DNA of 34,072 nucleotides from Hydrogenimonas sp. (lineage in GTDB: Bacteria; Campylobacterota; Campylobacteria; Campylobacterales; Hydrogenimonadaceae). This document shows, one piece after another, positions 1-9,614 of the stretch. A program made the position numbers and the translations under genes. The DNA lies in NCBI RefSeq assembly GCF_029933015.1, contig NZ_JAOZOZ010000001.1, positions 23,444-57,515 on the forward strand, written 5' to 3'. The notes beneath the pieces were generated by a model, which was given only the letters and a program-made list of their open reading frames with translations, made no database searches and was not told where the DNA came from. Every line of letters starts with the position of its first letter. The first letter of the stretch is position 1.

Positions 1-43
1 CGATTGACTCTTCCAGCCGCTCTTTGAGTTTCGTTTCCATCAT
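1..43 (-). CDS. 5' end of a gene running off the window (MMETKLKERLEESI...), probably toxic anion resistance protein TelA/YaaN
   Basis: ATG at 43 (alternative 40) on minus strand preceded by GAAAAGGAAG RBS; open to window edge. Product inferred only from the usual xpaC-telA/yaaN gene order. Confidence 0.45.
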   Translation of the reverse strand, partial: MMETKLKERLEESI

Positions 44-70
44 GATCTTCCTTTTCATTGATATGTTACG

Positions 71-168
71 CGAGTCATGAGCGAAGCCCATGACTCGGCA
101 GGGACTGACCGTCCCCTGCACCCCCCTGAAGCTTCGAATGCATAGGCATTCGAGATGACGTCCCGTCA
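71..168. repeat. Cluster of four tandem inverted repeats (REP-like element or structured RNA)
   Basis: CGAGTCATG 71-79/CATGACTCG 89-97 around GCGAAGC; GCAGGGAC 98-105/GTCCCCTGC 111-119 (one bulge); TCGAATGC 134-141/GCATTCGA 146-153; TGACG 156-160/CGTCA 164-168. Confidence 0.7.
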
Positions 169-239
169 AAACGGAATTTTTGGCGGAACGTCAATTACCG
201 GAACTTCCGTTGCTATCAAAATACGTTTCTGTAATAGTG

Positions 240-1070
240 TCAATGTTTCAACTGCTCCCTGAGGGCGTCGATCTGCACGTCGAGTTCAAAAAGATCGTTC
301 GACCTGAGCCGTTCGAGCTCTTCGTCGAAACGCCGGGCCGCTTCCTGCAGCAGCTCGATCAGACGCCGCCGCATGGGCGGGTCGATCTGTTCGGCTTTCA
401 CGGTGTGGTACTGCCGGATCACGTCGGCGACACCGTCGAGATAGACGACGAGAAATTTCCTGGCGACCCGGATGTCCCGGGGGTCCGACCGGATCGTCTC
501 CAGTATGGCGTGCGCCCGGTGCAGGGTCTTTCCCAGAGCTTCGGCCAGCTCCGGGTCTTCGATGCGCCGGGCCCCTTTTTCTATCTCTGCCACTCTCTCT
601 TCCGCTTCCCGGAGGTTTCGGAAAAGGTGTTCGGGGTTGACGTCGCCGGTGGTTCGCGGCAGTTTGTCGCGCACGGGGTCGGTGCCGTAATAGAGCAGCG
701 CGCCGCCGGCCGTGACTGATGCTACGATCAGGCTCTCCCACCAGGAAGCCTCCACGGTGGTGATGCCCAGAAAGAGGACCGTCGCGAAGAGCGCGAGGCT
801 GCCTGCGATCTTCCAGGGAATCTTCGGTGCTTTGGCGATGGCGGCGTGTTCGTAGCGCAGGCTCTCTTTGATTCCACGCTCCATCCAGCGGATCGAAAGG
901 TAGAGTCCACCGAATCCCAGAAGTTTGCAGAAAAAGAGGCCGTAGTGCCCCGCGAAAAGGGAAGCGGTGACGGAAAGGAGCAGAAAAGGAGCGAAAAAGT
1001 AGAGCAGCCAGGGGCGCGAGGCTTTCGCGAGAATGTCGGCCGATGCGGAGCGATTTGGCGTTTCGGTCAT
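240..1070 (-). CDS. xpaC: XpaC family (5-bromo-4-chloroindolyl phosphate hydrolysis) membrane protein
   Basis: N-terminal TM helices, then helical domain with DPRDIRVARKFLVVYLDG and LRSNDLFELDVQIDAL motifs; RBS AAGGGG. Confidence 0.8.
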   Translation of the reverse strand: MTETPNRSASADILAKASRPWLLYFFAPFLLLSVTASLFAGHYGLFFCKLLGFGGLYLSIRWMERGIKESLRYEHAAIAKAPKIPWKIAGSLALFATVLFLGITTVEASWWESLIVASVTAGGALLYYGTDPVRDKLPRTTGDVNPEHLFRNLREAEERVAEIEKGARRIEDPELAEALGKTLHRAHAILETIRSDPRDIRVARKFLVVYLDGVADVIRQYHTVKAEQIDPPMRRRLIELLQEAARRFDEELERLRSNDLFELDVQIDALREQLKH

Positions 1071-1079
1071 CGTGTCCCC

Positions 1080-1157
1080 TTAAAAGAGTCCGCCGAATAC
1101 GGTCCAGGCCAATCCGTAGAACAGAAAGAGAAAACCGAAAATTCTGCGGTAATCCAT
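1080..1157 (-). CDS. Unannotated 25-aa single-TM small protein MDYRRIFGFLFLFYGLAWTVFGGLF
   Basis: Read directly: GAAGGAAGG RBS before ATG, hydrophobic helix, stop TAA overlaps the xpaC RBS (TAAGGGG), TAAAAT -10 upstream at 1185-1190. Confidence 0.65.
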   Translation of the reverse strand: MDYRRIFGFLFLFYGLAWTVFGGLF

Positions 1158-1184
1158 GCACCTTCCTTCACATCTTTGCCGATG

Positions 1185-1239
1185 ATTTTAGCCGAAAATC
1201 GTTCGGCGTGCAACACAGACGCTTTCGGAATGATAAAAT
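1185..1239. promoter_or_regulatory. Divergent sigma70-type -10 boxes for the sORF-xpaC unit (minus) and the AIM24 gene (plus)
   Basis: TAAAAT on minus at 1185-1190; extended TGaTAAAAT on plus at 1231-1239. Confidence 0.5.
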
Positions 1240-1270
1240 AGGATCGTGAATCCATCATGAAGGAGAAAAG

Positions 1271-2056
1271 ATGCAGTGCCACGAAATAGACTATCGGATC
1301 ATCGGTGACGATCTGCAGATCGTCGAAGTGGAGCTCGATCCGGGCGAGACGGTCATCGCCGAAGCGGGAGCGATGGCGTGGATGGACGACCACATCGCCT
1401 TCGAGAGCAAAATGGGAGACGGCAGCGAAACCTCCGGCGGGTTTTTCGATACCGTCATCGGCGCGGGAAAACGCCTGATCACGGGAGAGTCGCTCTTCAT
1501 GACCCACTTCACCAACCGGGGAGAGGGCAAACGCCACGTCGCCTTCGGCGCCCCTTTCCCGGGCAAGATCATCCCCCTCGACCTGTCGGAGTTCGGCAAC
1601 GAGATCTTCTGTCAGAAAGACGCCTTTTTGTGTGCGGCCCTGGGGACGAAACTCGACATCTCCTTCAGCCGCAAACTGGGCCGCGGCTTCTTCGGCGGCG
1701 AAGGTTTCATCATGGAGCATCTGCAGGGAGACGGCATGGCCTTTCTGCACGCCGGCGGCACGATCGTCAGGAAAGAGCTGAACGGGGAGAGGATATTCGT
1801 CGACACGGGGTGTCTCGTCGCCTACACGAAGGGGATCGATTTCGATGTCCAGCGGGCCGGCGACCTCAAGTCGATGCTCTTTGGCGGCGAAGGCCTTTTC
1901 CTGGCCACGCTGGAGGGGCACGGGACGGTCTATCTGCAGAGCCTCCCCTTCTCAAGACTCGCCGACCGCATCATCGCGAGCGCCCCTTCGGCCGGAGGAA
2001 GCGACCAGGGAGAGGGGTCGCTGCTCGGCGGCATCTCGACGATGTTCGAGCGATAG
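1271..2056 (+). CDS. TIGR00266 / AIM24 family protein
   Basis: [51 protein letters not shown] motifs; AAGGAG RBS. Confidence 0.9.
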   Translation: MQCHEIDYRIIGDDLQIVEVELDPGETVIAEAGAMAWMDDHIAFESKMGDGSETSGGFFDTVIGAGKRLITGESLFMTHFTNRGEGKRHVAFGAPFPGKIIPLDLSEFGNEIFCQKDAFLCAALGTKLDISFSRKLGRGFFGGEGFIMEHLQGDGMAFLHAGGTIVRKELNGERIFVDTGCLVAYTKGIDFDVQRAGDLKSMLFGGEGLFLATLEGHGTVYLQSLPFSRLADRIIASAPSAGGSDQGEGSLLGGISTMFER

Positions 2057-2060
2057 AGGG

Positions 2061-5000
2061 TCAGCCCCCTTCGCTTGCCAGCTTTTTGGCCAGCTTTTTG
2101 GCCCCCTTGAAGTCGGCCTTTCCGCTGGCGAGTTTCGGTAGCGATTCGACCCTGAAAACCCTGGAGGGCTGCATGATGGGAGCCATGTCGCTCTTTTTGA
2201 TCCGCTCCGTCACTTCGGCCGGCTCCATTTCGGCTGTGTAGAGGAGCACGACGGTCTCCCCCTTCTTGTCGTCGGGCAGATCGACGGCGATCGCTTCGAA
2301 ATCCTCTCCGAAAAGGGTTTCGATCCGCTCTTCCACGCTTCCCAGGCCGATCATTTCGCCGCCGATTTTCGCGAACCGGCTGTAGCGGCCCGCGATATAG
2401 ATGAAACCGTCTTCGTCGAGATGTCCCTTGTCGCCCGTTTTGTAGTACCGCACACCTTCTATTTTCGTCAGCACTTCCGCCGTTTTTTCGGGATCGCCGA
2501 GATACCCTTTCATCACCTGGATACCGCCCACGAGGATCAGTCCGTCGTCACCCGCGGGCAGCTCCTCCAGCGTGTCGGGATCGACGATTCTGACGACGGT
2601 ACCCGGAAGCGGCTGCCCGACGCTGCCCGGTTTGTTCCCGACGATGACCCGAAGGGTGTCGGGATCGAGCGCGTCGGGCATGTTGACGGCGATGACCGGA
2701 GAGGTTTCCGTGGTCCCGTACCCCTCGTAGAGGTCGACACCGAATTTGGCCTTGAAAGCCGTTTTGATCTCCGGCTTGAGTTTCTCCGCGCCGGCCACGG
2801 CCATTCTGAGGGTCTGGAACATCAGGGGATGGAGTTTTCTGTTTTTCGTATAGAGTCTGAAAAAGGTGGAGGTCCCGAAAAGGATCGTCGCCTGCCACCG
2901 GGCAGCCATCTTCCCCACGGTCACGGCGTCGGTCGGGTCGGGGACGCATGCCAGCAGTATGCCTTCGCAAAGGGGCAGCAGGGTCGTGACCGTGAGGCCG
3001 AAGGAGTGGAAGATGGGCAGGGAACCCAGGATGACGTCCTCGTCGGTGAAGTTGATCATGGCGCCGACCTGTTTGATGTTGCCGAGCAGGTTTTTGTGGG
3101 TCAGCTCGATCCCTTTGGGCGTCCCCTCGCTGCCGCTGCTGAAAAGGATCGTCGCCGTCTCCTCGAGAGAGACCGGCGCGAAACGGAGTTTTCGCAGCAG
3201 AAAAGCAGGAAGCAGCAGGGCTTCGAGGAACGTCACGGTTTTGTCCCGTTTCGTGAAGGAGGCACCGAGCGTTTCCGCATGGAGGATCCTGTCGCCCAGA
3301 AGTGCGGCGGGATCGAAGCCCCTGGCGGCCAGTTTTTTCAGGAATTTTTCCGAGGAGACGACCGTCTGCAGATCGGCTTTTTCGACGGCCGCCCTCATCG
3401 CTTCGGGAGGCAGCGTGTAGTTGAGGTTGACGGGGCGTTTCCCCAGGACGAAAAGGGCCATGTTGACGATGGCGCCGGCGGCGGAAGAGGGCAGAATCAC
3501 ACCGACGTTGCTCTGATCTTTCAGTTTGGGCTTCAGCGCTTTGGCGAAAAGCAGCACGGCGCTGAGCATCCGTGCTCCCGTGAGCTCTGTACCCGACGCG
3601 TCGACGAGAACCTGTCGGAAGGGGTGGGCTTTCATACGATCGAGCCATTGTAGATGCAGCGGCTCCATACGGGACACCGTGTTCTCCCAGGCTCTGAGGG
3701 AGAGGGCCTGAACTCTCTTTTTCAGTGTATGGGCCGTCGTGCCGGAGGGGAGCGGTTTTCCGAAAACGACGCCGATATCGCGGCGCGGGCCGGTTTTTGA
3801 GAGGAGTTTGTAGCGTGTCTGGGCCCTCGAAAAGGTCGATCCCCACAGACCGTGCAGATAGAAGGGGAGGATGGGGTGGTCGGCCTCTTTCATGATCAGT
3901 TCGAAGCCCTTTTTGAACTCGCCGAGCTGGCCGTTGTAGCTGATGCGCCCTTCGGGGAAAAGGGCCACGACCTCGCCTTTGTCGAGCCGCTCCCTGACCT
4001 TTTCGATGGCCCCCTTGCCCGAGATGCCCGAGATCGGAATGACGTTGAACCACTTCAGGAACCATTTGAGATACCACTGCTCGTAGATCCGCTTCTCCAT
4101 GACGAATTTGATGGCGCGGGGAGAGGCGACCTGGAGAATCAGCCAGTCGATCCAGCTGACGTGGTTGCCCAGCAGCAGGACGCCGCCGGTCTGGGGCAGG
4201 TTTTCGAGCCCTTCGACGAAGATCCGGTAGCGGGTGCGCAGAATCGGAAGCAGCATCAGCCGCGCGACGAGCTGGGGCACTTTGAGCATGGCGTAGACCG
4301 TGCCGCCCAGCGTGATCCACGCGGCGATATGGAAAATCCCCGTCGACGAGAATCCGATCTGCACCAGAAAGATCGCAGCCAGCAGAAAGAGCACCATCGC
4401 GATGTTCTGGATGAAGTTGTTCCCGGCCAGGATGGTGCCCATTTTGTGTTCGGGCGCCAGATACTGGATCGCGGCGTTGAACGGTACGATCACCAGTCCG
4501 CCGAAGAAGCCGAAGGCGAAGCTCGCGGCGGCCATCACCGACGCTCCCGGGGCCGCCGCGAACGTCGTCAGGGAGAGGAACATGCCCAGCGCACCGACGG
4601 GAACGATGCCGAATTCGATGTGGCGGCGGCTCAGACGCCCCGCCGCGACCGAGCCGATGATGAGGCCGACGGCGCTGACGGCCAGGATACCCTGGATGAT
4701 GACGGTGTTTTCGTCCCCCGTCACGCTCTTGTAGTGGGCGGGAAAGGCGGCCACGACGAGCTGGGAGACGCCCCAGAAGAGGCTCAGTCCCATGATGCTG
4801 ATCCAGACGGTTCCGTCGCTTCGCAGCAGGGCGATATTCTCTTTGAGATAGCCGAGCCGCAGGTAGTTTTTCATGTCGAAGGTCAGCGCTTCGGCACGGA
4901 TCGAACTGGGCGGTATTCTGAACGCGAACCAGCTCTCCAGCAGCGTCATGGCCACCAGGAGCCACCCCAGCGGCGCGATCGATCGCAGAATGGCGTCGGG

Positions 5001-5513
5001 TGTCGCGGCGCCGTCGTAGAGCGATTCGAACCCGATCGAAAAGAGCAGGGCGCTTCCAAGAATGGCGGCGATCGTCGCCGCCTGGACGATACCGTTGGCG
5101 TAGGCGAGCCTCCGGGAGCCGACGAGCTCTCGGATCAGGCCGTATTTGGCCGGCGAGTAGAGGGCGCTCTGCACGGCCAGCAGAAAGGTCAGGGCGAAGG
5201 CGAACCAGAACCATCCCGCATAGTAGCTGAGTGTCGCCAGAAGCGCCAGAAGAACGCTGGCGAGGGCGGCGTACCGGATGATGCCGGTTTTGTGAAACCG
5301 GTCGGAAAGATAGCCCGAGGGTGAAAAGAGGAGAATGAAGGGGATCAGGATCAGGGCGTTGACCAGGGCGCTGAGGATAATGAGCGTATCCCCCTCGAAG
5401 CTCTTGATCAGGACGTTCTGGATCGTGATCTTGTGGGCGATGTCGGTCATCGCGTTGAAAACGAGAACGAAAAGAAAGGGCAGAAAACCTCGGATCTTCC
5501 AGAGCCGGTTCAT
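2061..5513 (-). CDS. aas: Acyl-[ACP]--phospholipid O-acyltransferase: MFS (LplT-like) + PlsC acyltransferase + acyl-ACP synthetase fusion
   Basis: About 12 TM N-terminus with YSPAKYGLI; PlsC motifs NHVSWID and FPEG; AMP-binding FSSGSEGTPKG, YEGYGTTE, YKTGDKG, SGKAD. Confidence 0.92.
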   Translation of the reverse strand: MNRLWKIRGFLPFLFVLVFNAMTDIAHKITIQNVLIKSFEGDTLIILSALVNALILIPFILLFSPSGYLSDRFHKTGIIRYAALASVLLALLATLSYYAGWFWFAFALTFLLAVQSALYSPAKYGLIRELVGSRRLAYANGIVQAATIAAILGSALLFSIGFESLYDGAATPDAILRSIAPLGWLLVAMTLLESWFAFRIPPSSIRAEALTFDMKNYLRLGYLKENIALLRSDGTVWISIMGLSLFWGVSQLVVAAFPAHYKSVTGDENTVIIQGILAVSAVGLIIGSVAAGRLSRRHIEFGIVPVGALGMFLSLTTFAAAPGASVMAAASFAFGFFGGLVIVPFNAAIQYLAPEHKMGTILAGNNFIQNIAMVLFLLAAIFLVQIGFSSTGIFHIAAWITLGGTVYAMLKVPQLVARLMLLPILRTRYRIFVEGLENLPQTGGVLLLGNHVSWIDWLILQVASPRAIKFVMEKRIYEQWYLKWFLKWFNVIPISGISGKGAIEKVRERLDKGEVVALFPEGRISYNGQLGEFKKGFELIMKEADHPILPFYLHGLWGSTFSRAQTRYKLLSKTGPRRDIGVVFGKPLPSGTTAHTLKKRVQALSLRAWENTVSRMEPLHLQWLDRMKAHPFRQVLVDASGTELTGARMLSAVLLFAKALKPKLKDQSNVGVILPSSAAGAIVNMALFVLGKRPVNLNYTLPPEAMRAAVEKADLQTVVSSEKFLKKLAARGFDPAALLGDRILHAETLGASFTKRDKTVTFLEALLLPAFLLRKLRFAPVSLEETATILFSSGSEGTPKGIELTHKNLLGNIKQVGAMINFTDEDVILGSLPIFHSFGLTVTTLLPLCEGILLACVPDPTDAVTVGKMAARWQATILFGTSTFFRLYTKNRKLHPLMFQTLRMAVAGAEKLKPEIKTAFKAKFGVDLYEGYGTTETSPVIAVNMPDALDPDTLRVIVGNKPGSVGQPLPGTVVRIVDPDTLEELPAGDDGLILVGGIQVMKGYLGDPEKTAEVLTKIEGVRYYKTGDKGHLDEDGFIYIAGRYSRFAKIGGEMIGLGSVEERIETLFGEDFEAIAVDLPDDKKGETVVLLYTAEMEPAEVTERIKKSDMAPIMQPSRVFRVESLPKLASGKADFKGAKKLAKKLASEGG

Positions 5514-6166
5514 TCTTCACCCGCTCTCTCCTGATAGGTGTGGACCAGGTGCATATTGAAGAGATAGGGTTTGAGAATCAGCGTGGCGTCGAAGAGCGTC
5601 TTGACCACATCGTTTTTCTCTCCGCTCCTGTCCAGAAGCCGTCGGGCGAGATCCGTTTCGCGCCGGGCGACCTCTCTGGCGTGTTCGATGTAGGTTTTCA
5701 GCAGCGTCCCCTCCGGATCGATCTTTTCGAGCTCCAGCAGTATCGAGAGAATCTCGATCTCCTTTTCGCTGAAGCCCCCCTTCCGCCTGAACACGGCGCC
5801 CATCCGCAGGTAACGCTCCAGTGTTTTTGCATCGATTCCCAGCTTTTCGCACACCTCCGCGTCGGACATGATGACGGGTGTCGCGGGGGCCGTCAGCGTG
5901 TCGAGGGTCTCCAGTACCGCTTCGAAACCTCTTGAAAAGTCGAAATCCCCATCCCGCAGCAGTGTTTTGATCTGGCCGATGGAGGCGTTGAAATGGGTCT
6001 GGAGGTATTTGATGAAACGGATCCGGTCGACGAAATCGTCGTCGTAGAGATGGACGTTGGGTTTGATCTTTTTCGGTTCGGGCAGGAGCCCCTCCCTGAT
6101 ATAGTAGAGAATCGTCGATTTGGGCGTATCGGTCATTTGGGTGAGCTGGCTCATTTTCAGTGCCAC
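5510..6166 (-). CDS. MerR family transcriptional regulator
   Basis: MerR HTH (KMSQL..TPKSTILYYIREGLLP..YDD), second HTH-like segment. Start revised to GTG at 6166 after AAGGAG, since the TTG at 6202 overlaps the -10 box. Stop overlaps the aas ATG. Confidence 0.85.
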   Translation of the reverse strand: MALKMSQLTQMTDTPKSTILYYIREGLLPEPKKIKPNVHLYDDDFVDRIRFIKYLQTHFNASIGQIKTLLRDGDFDFSRGFEAVLETLDTLTAPATPVIMSDAEVCEKLGIDAKTLERYLRMGAVFRRKGGFSEKEIEILSILLELEKIDPEGTLLKTYIEHAREVARRETDLARRLLDRSGEKNDVVKTLFDATLILKPYLFNMHLVHTYQERAGEE

Positions 6167-6201
6167 GGAAACTCCTTGATTCGGGATGATTCGTTTCGCC
6201 A

Positions 6202-6231
6202 ATCTTAGCCAAAGAGAGTATTGAGTGTCAA
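6202..6231 (-). promoter_or_regulatory. sigma70 promoter of the merR-aas unit
   Basis: TTGACA (6226-6231), 18 nt, TAAGAT (6202-6207) on minus; TTGA-N3-TCAA dyad at 6221-6231. Confidence 0.6.
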
Positions 6232-6359
6232 GTAGTGCTTTACAAAAATGGACGCGGCCGCACTGCTACTTTTTCGGACAGTTCGCCGTTTCCTCTGTTT
6301 CCATGCGAAACACACATTTTTTTTGTGGAGGCTGCGGAAGCGGTACAATCTTGATTTAA

Positions 6360-6376
6360 AGTTTATTTGTTAAACT
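6360..6376 (+). promoter_or_regulatory. Candidate nuo promoter: extended -10 overlapped by a 6-5-6 inverted repeat
   Basis: TGtTAAACT at 6368-6376; AGTTTA-N5-TAAACT dyad; alternative TACAAT at 6344-6349. Confidence 0.45.
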
Positions 6377-6438
6377 ACCCTAACATTGGTTTATAGACAC
6401 TAAACAAAGCATCAACGGCTTTGAACAAAGGGGTTTAG

Positions 6439-6828
6439 ATGACACATATGGCTGTGGAACATCCATATTTCGGTGCCTTTCTGCTGCTGCTGATCACCTT
6501 CGGTGCATTCAGCCTGACCGTCGCCATCTCACGCTATATCGGCAGGAGGCTGGCGAGACTCGATACCGAGAAGCTCAAGCTCACGATCTACGAGTGCGGG
6601 CCCGAGGTGACGAAGCAGCCCAACTCGATTTCGGCGCAGTTCTATCTGTTCGCCCTGCTTTTCATCCTCTTCGATGTCGAAATCATCTTCATGTTCCCAT
6701 GGGCGATCGACTTCAAGATTCTCGGATGGTTCGGATTCGTCGAAATGATTCTCTTTATCGTATTGCTTGCAATCGGATTTATCTACGCATGGAAGAAAGG
6801 AGCGCTTGAATGGCACAGCATCAAGTAA
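6439..6828 (+). CDS. nuoA: NADH-quinone oxidoreductase subunit A
   Basis: YECG loop, [22 protein letters not shown]. Confidence 0.96.
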   Translation: MTHMAVEHPYFGAFLLLLITFGAFSLTVAISRYIGRRLARLDTEKLKLTIYECGPEVTKQPNSISAQFYLFALLFILFDVEIIFMFPWAIDFKILGWFGFVEMILFIVLLAIGFIYAWKKGALEWHSIK

Positions 6829-7319
6829 ACTACACACAAAGCGGCGGTCTGCCGGTCGCCCTGACGACGGTGGACAAGATCCTCAACTGGGGACGAAGCA
6901 ACTCGCTCTGGGCGCTGACCTACGGACTTGCCTGCTGTGCGATCGAAATGATGGCATCGGGCGCGAGCCGCTACGACTTCGACCGGTTCGGTACGATCTT
7001 CCGCGCCTCGCCCCGCCAGGCCGACCTGATGATCGTCGCCGGCACCCTGACGAAGAAGCACGCGGAGTTCATCCGCCGTCTCTACGACCAGATGACGGAG
7101 CCCAAATGGGTCATCTCCATGGGAAGCTGCGCCAACACCGGCGGTATGTTCAACACCTACGCCACGGTCCAGGGCGTCGACCGCGTCATTCCCGTCGATC
7201 TCTATCTTCCCGGATGTGCGCCGCGGCCCGAAACGCTGCAGTACGCGGTGATGCTGCTTCAGCAGAAGATCCGCAGAGAGTCCGCGAACAAATCTCAAAA
7301 ACCGAAAAGGCTGGTATGA
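6810..7319 (+). CDS. nuoB: NADH-quinone oxidoreductase subunit B (N2 cluster)
   Basis: [29 protein letters not shown]. Confidence 0.97.
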   Translation: MAQHQVNYTQSGGLPVALTTVDKILNWGRSNSLWALTYGLACCAIEMMASGASRYDFDRFGTIFRASPRQADLMIVAGTLTKKHAEFIRRLYDQMTEPKWVISMGSCANTGGMFNTYATVQGVDRVIPVDLYLPGCAPRPETLQYAVMLLQQKIRRESANKSQKPKRLV

Positions 7320-8128
7320 TGAGACCTTATACTCCCAAAGACAACGTACAGAAGAAAGCCTACTATACCGACCGTTTCTGGGTGGCTCCTCGCATTCCCG
7401 AAGAGCCGGTACCGGAGGGTAGCGACTACGCCGAAGACGTGGCGGCCGTGAAGAAGGCGTGCAAAGTCCTCAACGCCTACATCCAGCGCGGCCAGCTCGT
7501 CATCTACGTCAATTCCGAAGACAATGTCACGGCACTCAAAGCGCTGAAAGAGGAGAGGGGCTACGACATGCTCTCGGAACTGAGTGCCGTCGACTTCCTC
7601 GCCGAGCGCGGCGGTTTCGAGGTGTTTTATCAGCTTTTGAACCTGAATGCCGCAAGAAGGCTCCGCGTCAAATGCTTCGTCGAAGAGAACCACGCGGTAG
7701 AAAGCGTCAATCCGCTCTATCGTAGTGCCGACTGGGCCGAGCGTGAGATGTGGGATCTGATGGGTGTCAAGGTCAACAACCACCCCTATCTCAAGCGTCT
7801 CATCATGCCCGACGACTGGGAGGGCCATCCGCTGCGAAAGACCTATCCTCTCGAAGGGGACGAGTTCGCCCAGTGGTACGAAGTCGACAAGATTTTCGGC
7901 AAAGAGGCCCGCGACATCATCGGACCCGAAAACAGGGATCCGGGCCGTATCGACCGCTACGACACGGAGCGTTTCGCGCGTCTGGGACACGAAGTTCCCC
8001 GCGGTGCGCCGGCCGAGATGGTCGACAAGGCGGAGGAGACTCCGATCAGCTATCAGGAAGAGGAGGGTGTCTTCCTGATTCAGAAACTCTCGGCAGAGAA
8101 TTCAAAAGTTTTGGACAAGAGAAGATAA
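7316..8128 (+). CDS. nuoC: NADH-quinone oxidoreductase subunit C
   Basis: [23 protein letters not shown]; start at ATGATG overlapping the nuoB stop (7316 or 7319), not 6767. Confidence 0.94.
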   Translation: MMRPYTPKDNVQKKAYYTDRFWVAPRIPEEPVPEGSDYAEDVAAVKKACKVLNAYIQRGQLVIYVNSEDNVTALKALKEERGYDMLSELSAVDFLAERGGFEVFYQLLNLNAARRLRVKCFVEENHAVESVNPLYRSADWAEREMWDLMGVKVNNHPYLKRLIMPDDWEGHPLRKTYPLEGDEFAQWYEVDKIFGKEARDIIGPENRDPGRIDRYDTERFARLGHEVPRGAPAEMVDKAEETPISYQEEEGVFLIQKLSAENSKVLDKRR

Positions 8129-8138
8129 GGGGACGCGG

Positions 8139-9371
8139 ATGCAACAGACCAACAAACTACGACCATTTTTCGAAAACCTGGAGTTCGAGCGCGAAGACAA
8201 CCATATGGTGATCAACTTCGGTCCCCAGCACCCCTCCGCCCACGGACAGCTCCGGCTGATTCTGGAGCTCGACGGCGAGCAGATCGTCCGCGCGGTACCC
8301 GATATCGGATATCTGCACCGGGGAATGGAGAAGATGGCGGAAAACATGATCTACAACGAGTTTCTGCCCACCACCGACCGGATGGACTACATCGCGGCCA
8401 CGTCGAACAACTACGGATTCGCCCTGGCGGTCGAGCGGCTGCTCGGCATCGAGGACAAGGTGCCCAGACGCGCCAAGGTGATCCGGACGATGCTGCTGGA
8501 GATCAACCGCATCATCTCCCACCTCTTCTGGCTGGCGACCCACGCCCTGGACGTCGGTGCGATGAGCGTCTTCCTCTACTGCTTCCGCGAGCGTGAATTC
8601 GCGATGGACCTGATGGAGGACTACTGCGGTGCGCGCCTGACCCACTCGGCCGTCCGTATCGGCGGCGTGCCCCTCGATCTTCCCGATGGGTGGCTGGGCG
8701 CGCTGGCGAAATTCGTCAACGAGCTCCCGTCCAACATCAAGGACTACGAGGATCTTCTGACCGAAAACCGCATCTGGCGCATGCGTCTGGAGGGTGTCGG
8801 TGTCATCGATGCCGATCTGGCCAGAAGCTGGGGATGTACGGGACCGATTCTTCGGGCCACAGGGATCGAATACGATATCCGTAAAGAGGAGCCCTACGAG
8901 CTCTACGACGAGCTTGAGTTCGACATTCCCGTCACGAATACGGGTGACAGCTACGGCCGTTACAAACTCTACATGGAAGAGATGCGCCAGTCGGCACGCA
9001 TTCTGCAGCAGCTGATCGCGATGTACGACGAGACGGAGCCGGAGCTGATGGCCCACGTGCCCCAGTACATCTCCGCGCCCAAAGAGGACATCATGACCCA
9101 GAACTATTCGTTGATGCAGCACTTCGTACTGGTTACCCAGGGGATGCGCCCGCCGGTCGGCGAGGTCTACGTACCCACCGAAAGCCCGAAAGGGGAGCTG
9201 GGCTTCTACATCAACTCCCAGGGTGAGCCCTATCCCTACCGCCTGAAGGTACGGGCTCCGAGTTTCTGGCACTGCGGCATCCTTCAGGATATCCTGCCGG
9301 GCAGCTATATCGCCGATGTCGTCACGATCATCGGTAACACCAACATCGTCTTCGGCGAAATCGACAGATAA
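8139..9371 (+). CDS. nuoD: NADH-quinone oxidoreductase subunit D
   Basis: [43 protein letters not shown]. Confidence 0.97.
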   Translation: MQQTNKLRPFFENLEFEREDNHMVINFGPQHPSAHGQLRLILELDGEQIVRAVPDIGYLHRGMEKMAENMIYNEFLPTTDRMDYIAATSNNYGFALAVERLLGIEDKVPRRAKVIRTMLLEINRIISHLFWLATHALDVGAMSVFLYCFREREFAMDLMEDYCGARLTHSAVRIGGVPLDLPDGWLGALAKFVNELPSNIKDYEDLLTENRIWRMRLEGVGVIDADLARSWGCTGPILRATGIEYDIRKEEPYELYDELEFDIPVTNTGDSYGRYKLYMEEMRQSARILQQLIAMYDETEPELMAHVPQYISAPKEDIMTQNYSLMQHFVLVTQGMRPPVGEVYVPTESPKGELGFYINSQGEPYPYRLKVRAPSFWHCGILQDILPGSYIADVVTIIGNTNIVFGEIDR

Positions 9372-9383
9372 GGGGGAGAGAAC

Positions 9384-9614
9384 ATGGTACGTTACGATTT
9401 GCGCCATCTGAAAGATAGTTTCTACGACAGAATGATGGAGTTGCTCGAGACCGGCACGAAGCCGGGCGAAGTCGCGATCTTTCTCTTCGAAATCGGGGAT
9501 TTCTCTCCGATCCAGAAAAGCGCCGATCTGGTCAAGGAGGCTGGACATGAGCTGCTGAACTCGCTCAAGTTCAACGAAGTCGACTGGACCATCATGGTGA
9601 GAAGGAAAAAATAG
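9384..9614 (+). CDS. nuoX: Campylobacterota-type 76-aa NuoE-position subunit (NuoX-like, no Fe-S cysteines)
   Basis: RYDLRHLK..GEVAIFLFEIGDFS..LLNSLKFNEVDWTI resembles the Helicobacter/Campylobacter small subunit following nuoD; contains no Cys. Confidence 0.85.
   Translation: MVRYDLRHLKDSFYDRMMELLETGTKPGEVAIFLFEIGDFSPIQKSADLVKEAGHELLNSLKFNEVDWTIMVRRKK

Noticed and set aside
71-168. CRISPR array
   Set aside because: The hairpins differ in sequence; no direct repeat-spacer periodicity and no cas genes.
2077-2103. Short tandem repeat GCCAGCTTTTTG x2
   Set aside because: Simply encodes AKKLAKKLA at the Aas C-terminus.
2548-5520. 990-aa alternate-frame ORF over aas
   Set aside because: Arg/Pro-rich off-frame translation; the aas frame carries all motifs.
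6767-7315. N-terminal extension of NuoC (453-aa ORF)
   Set aside because: Overlaps nuoB out of frame; real start at 7316/7319.
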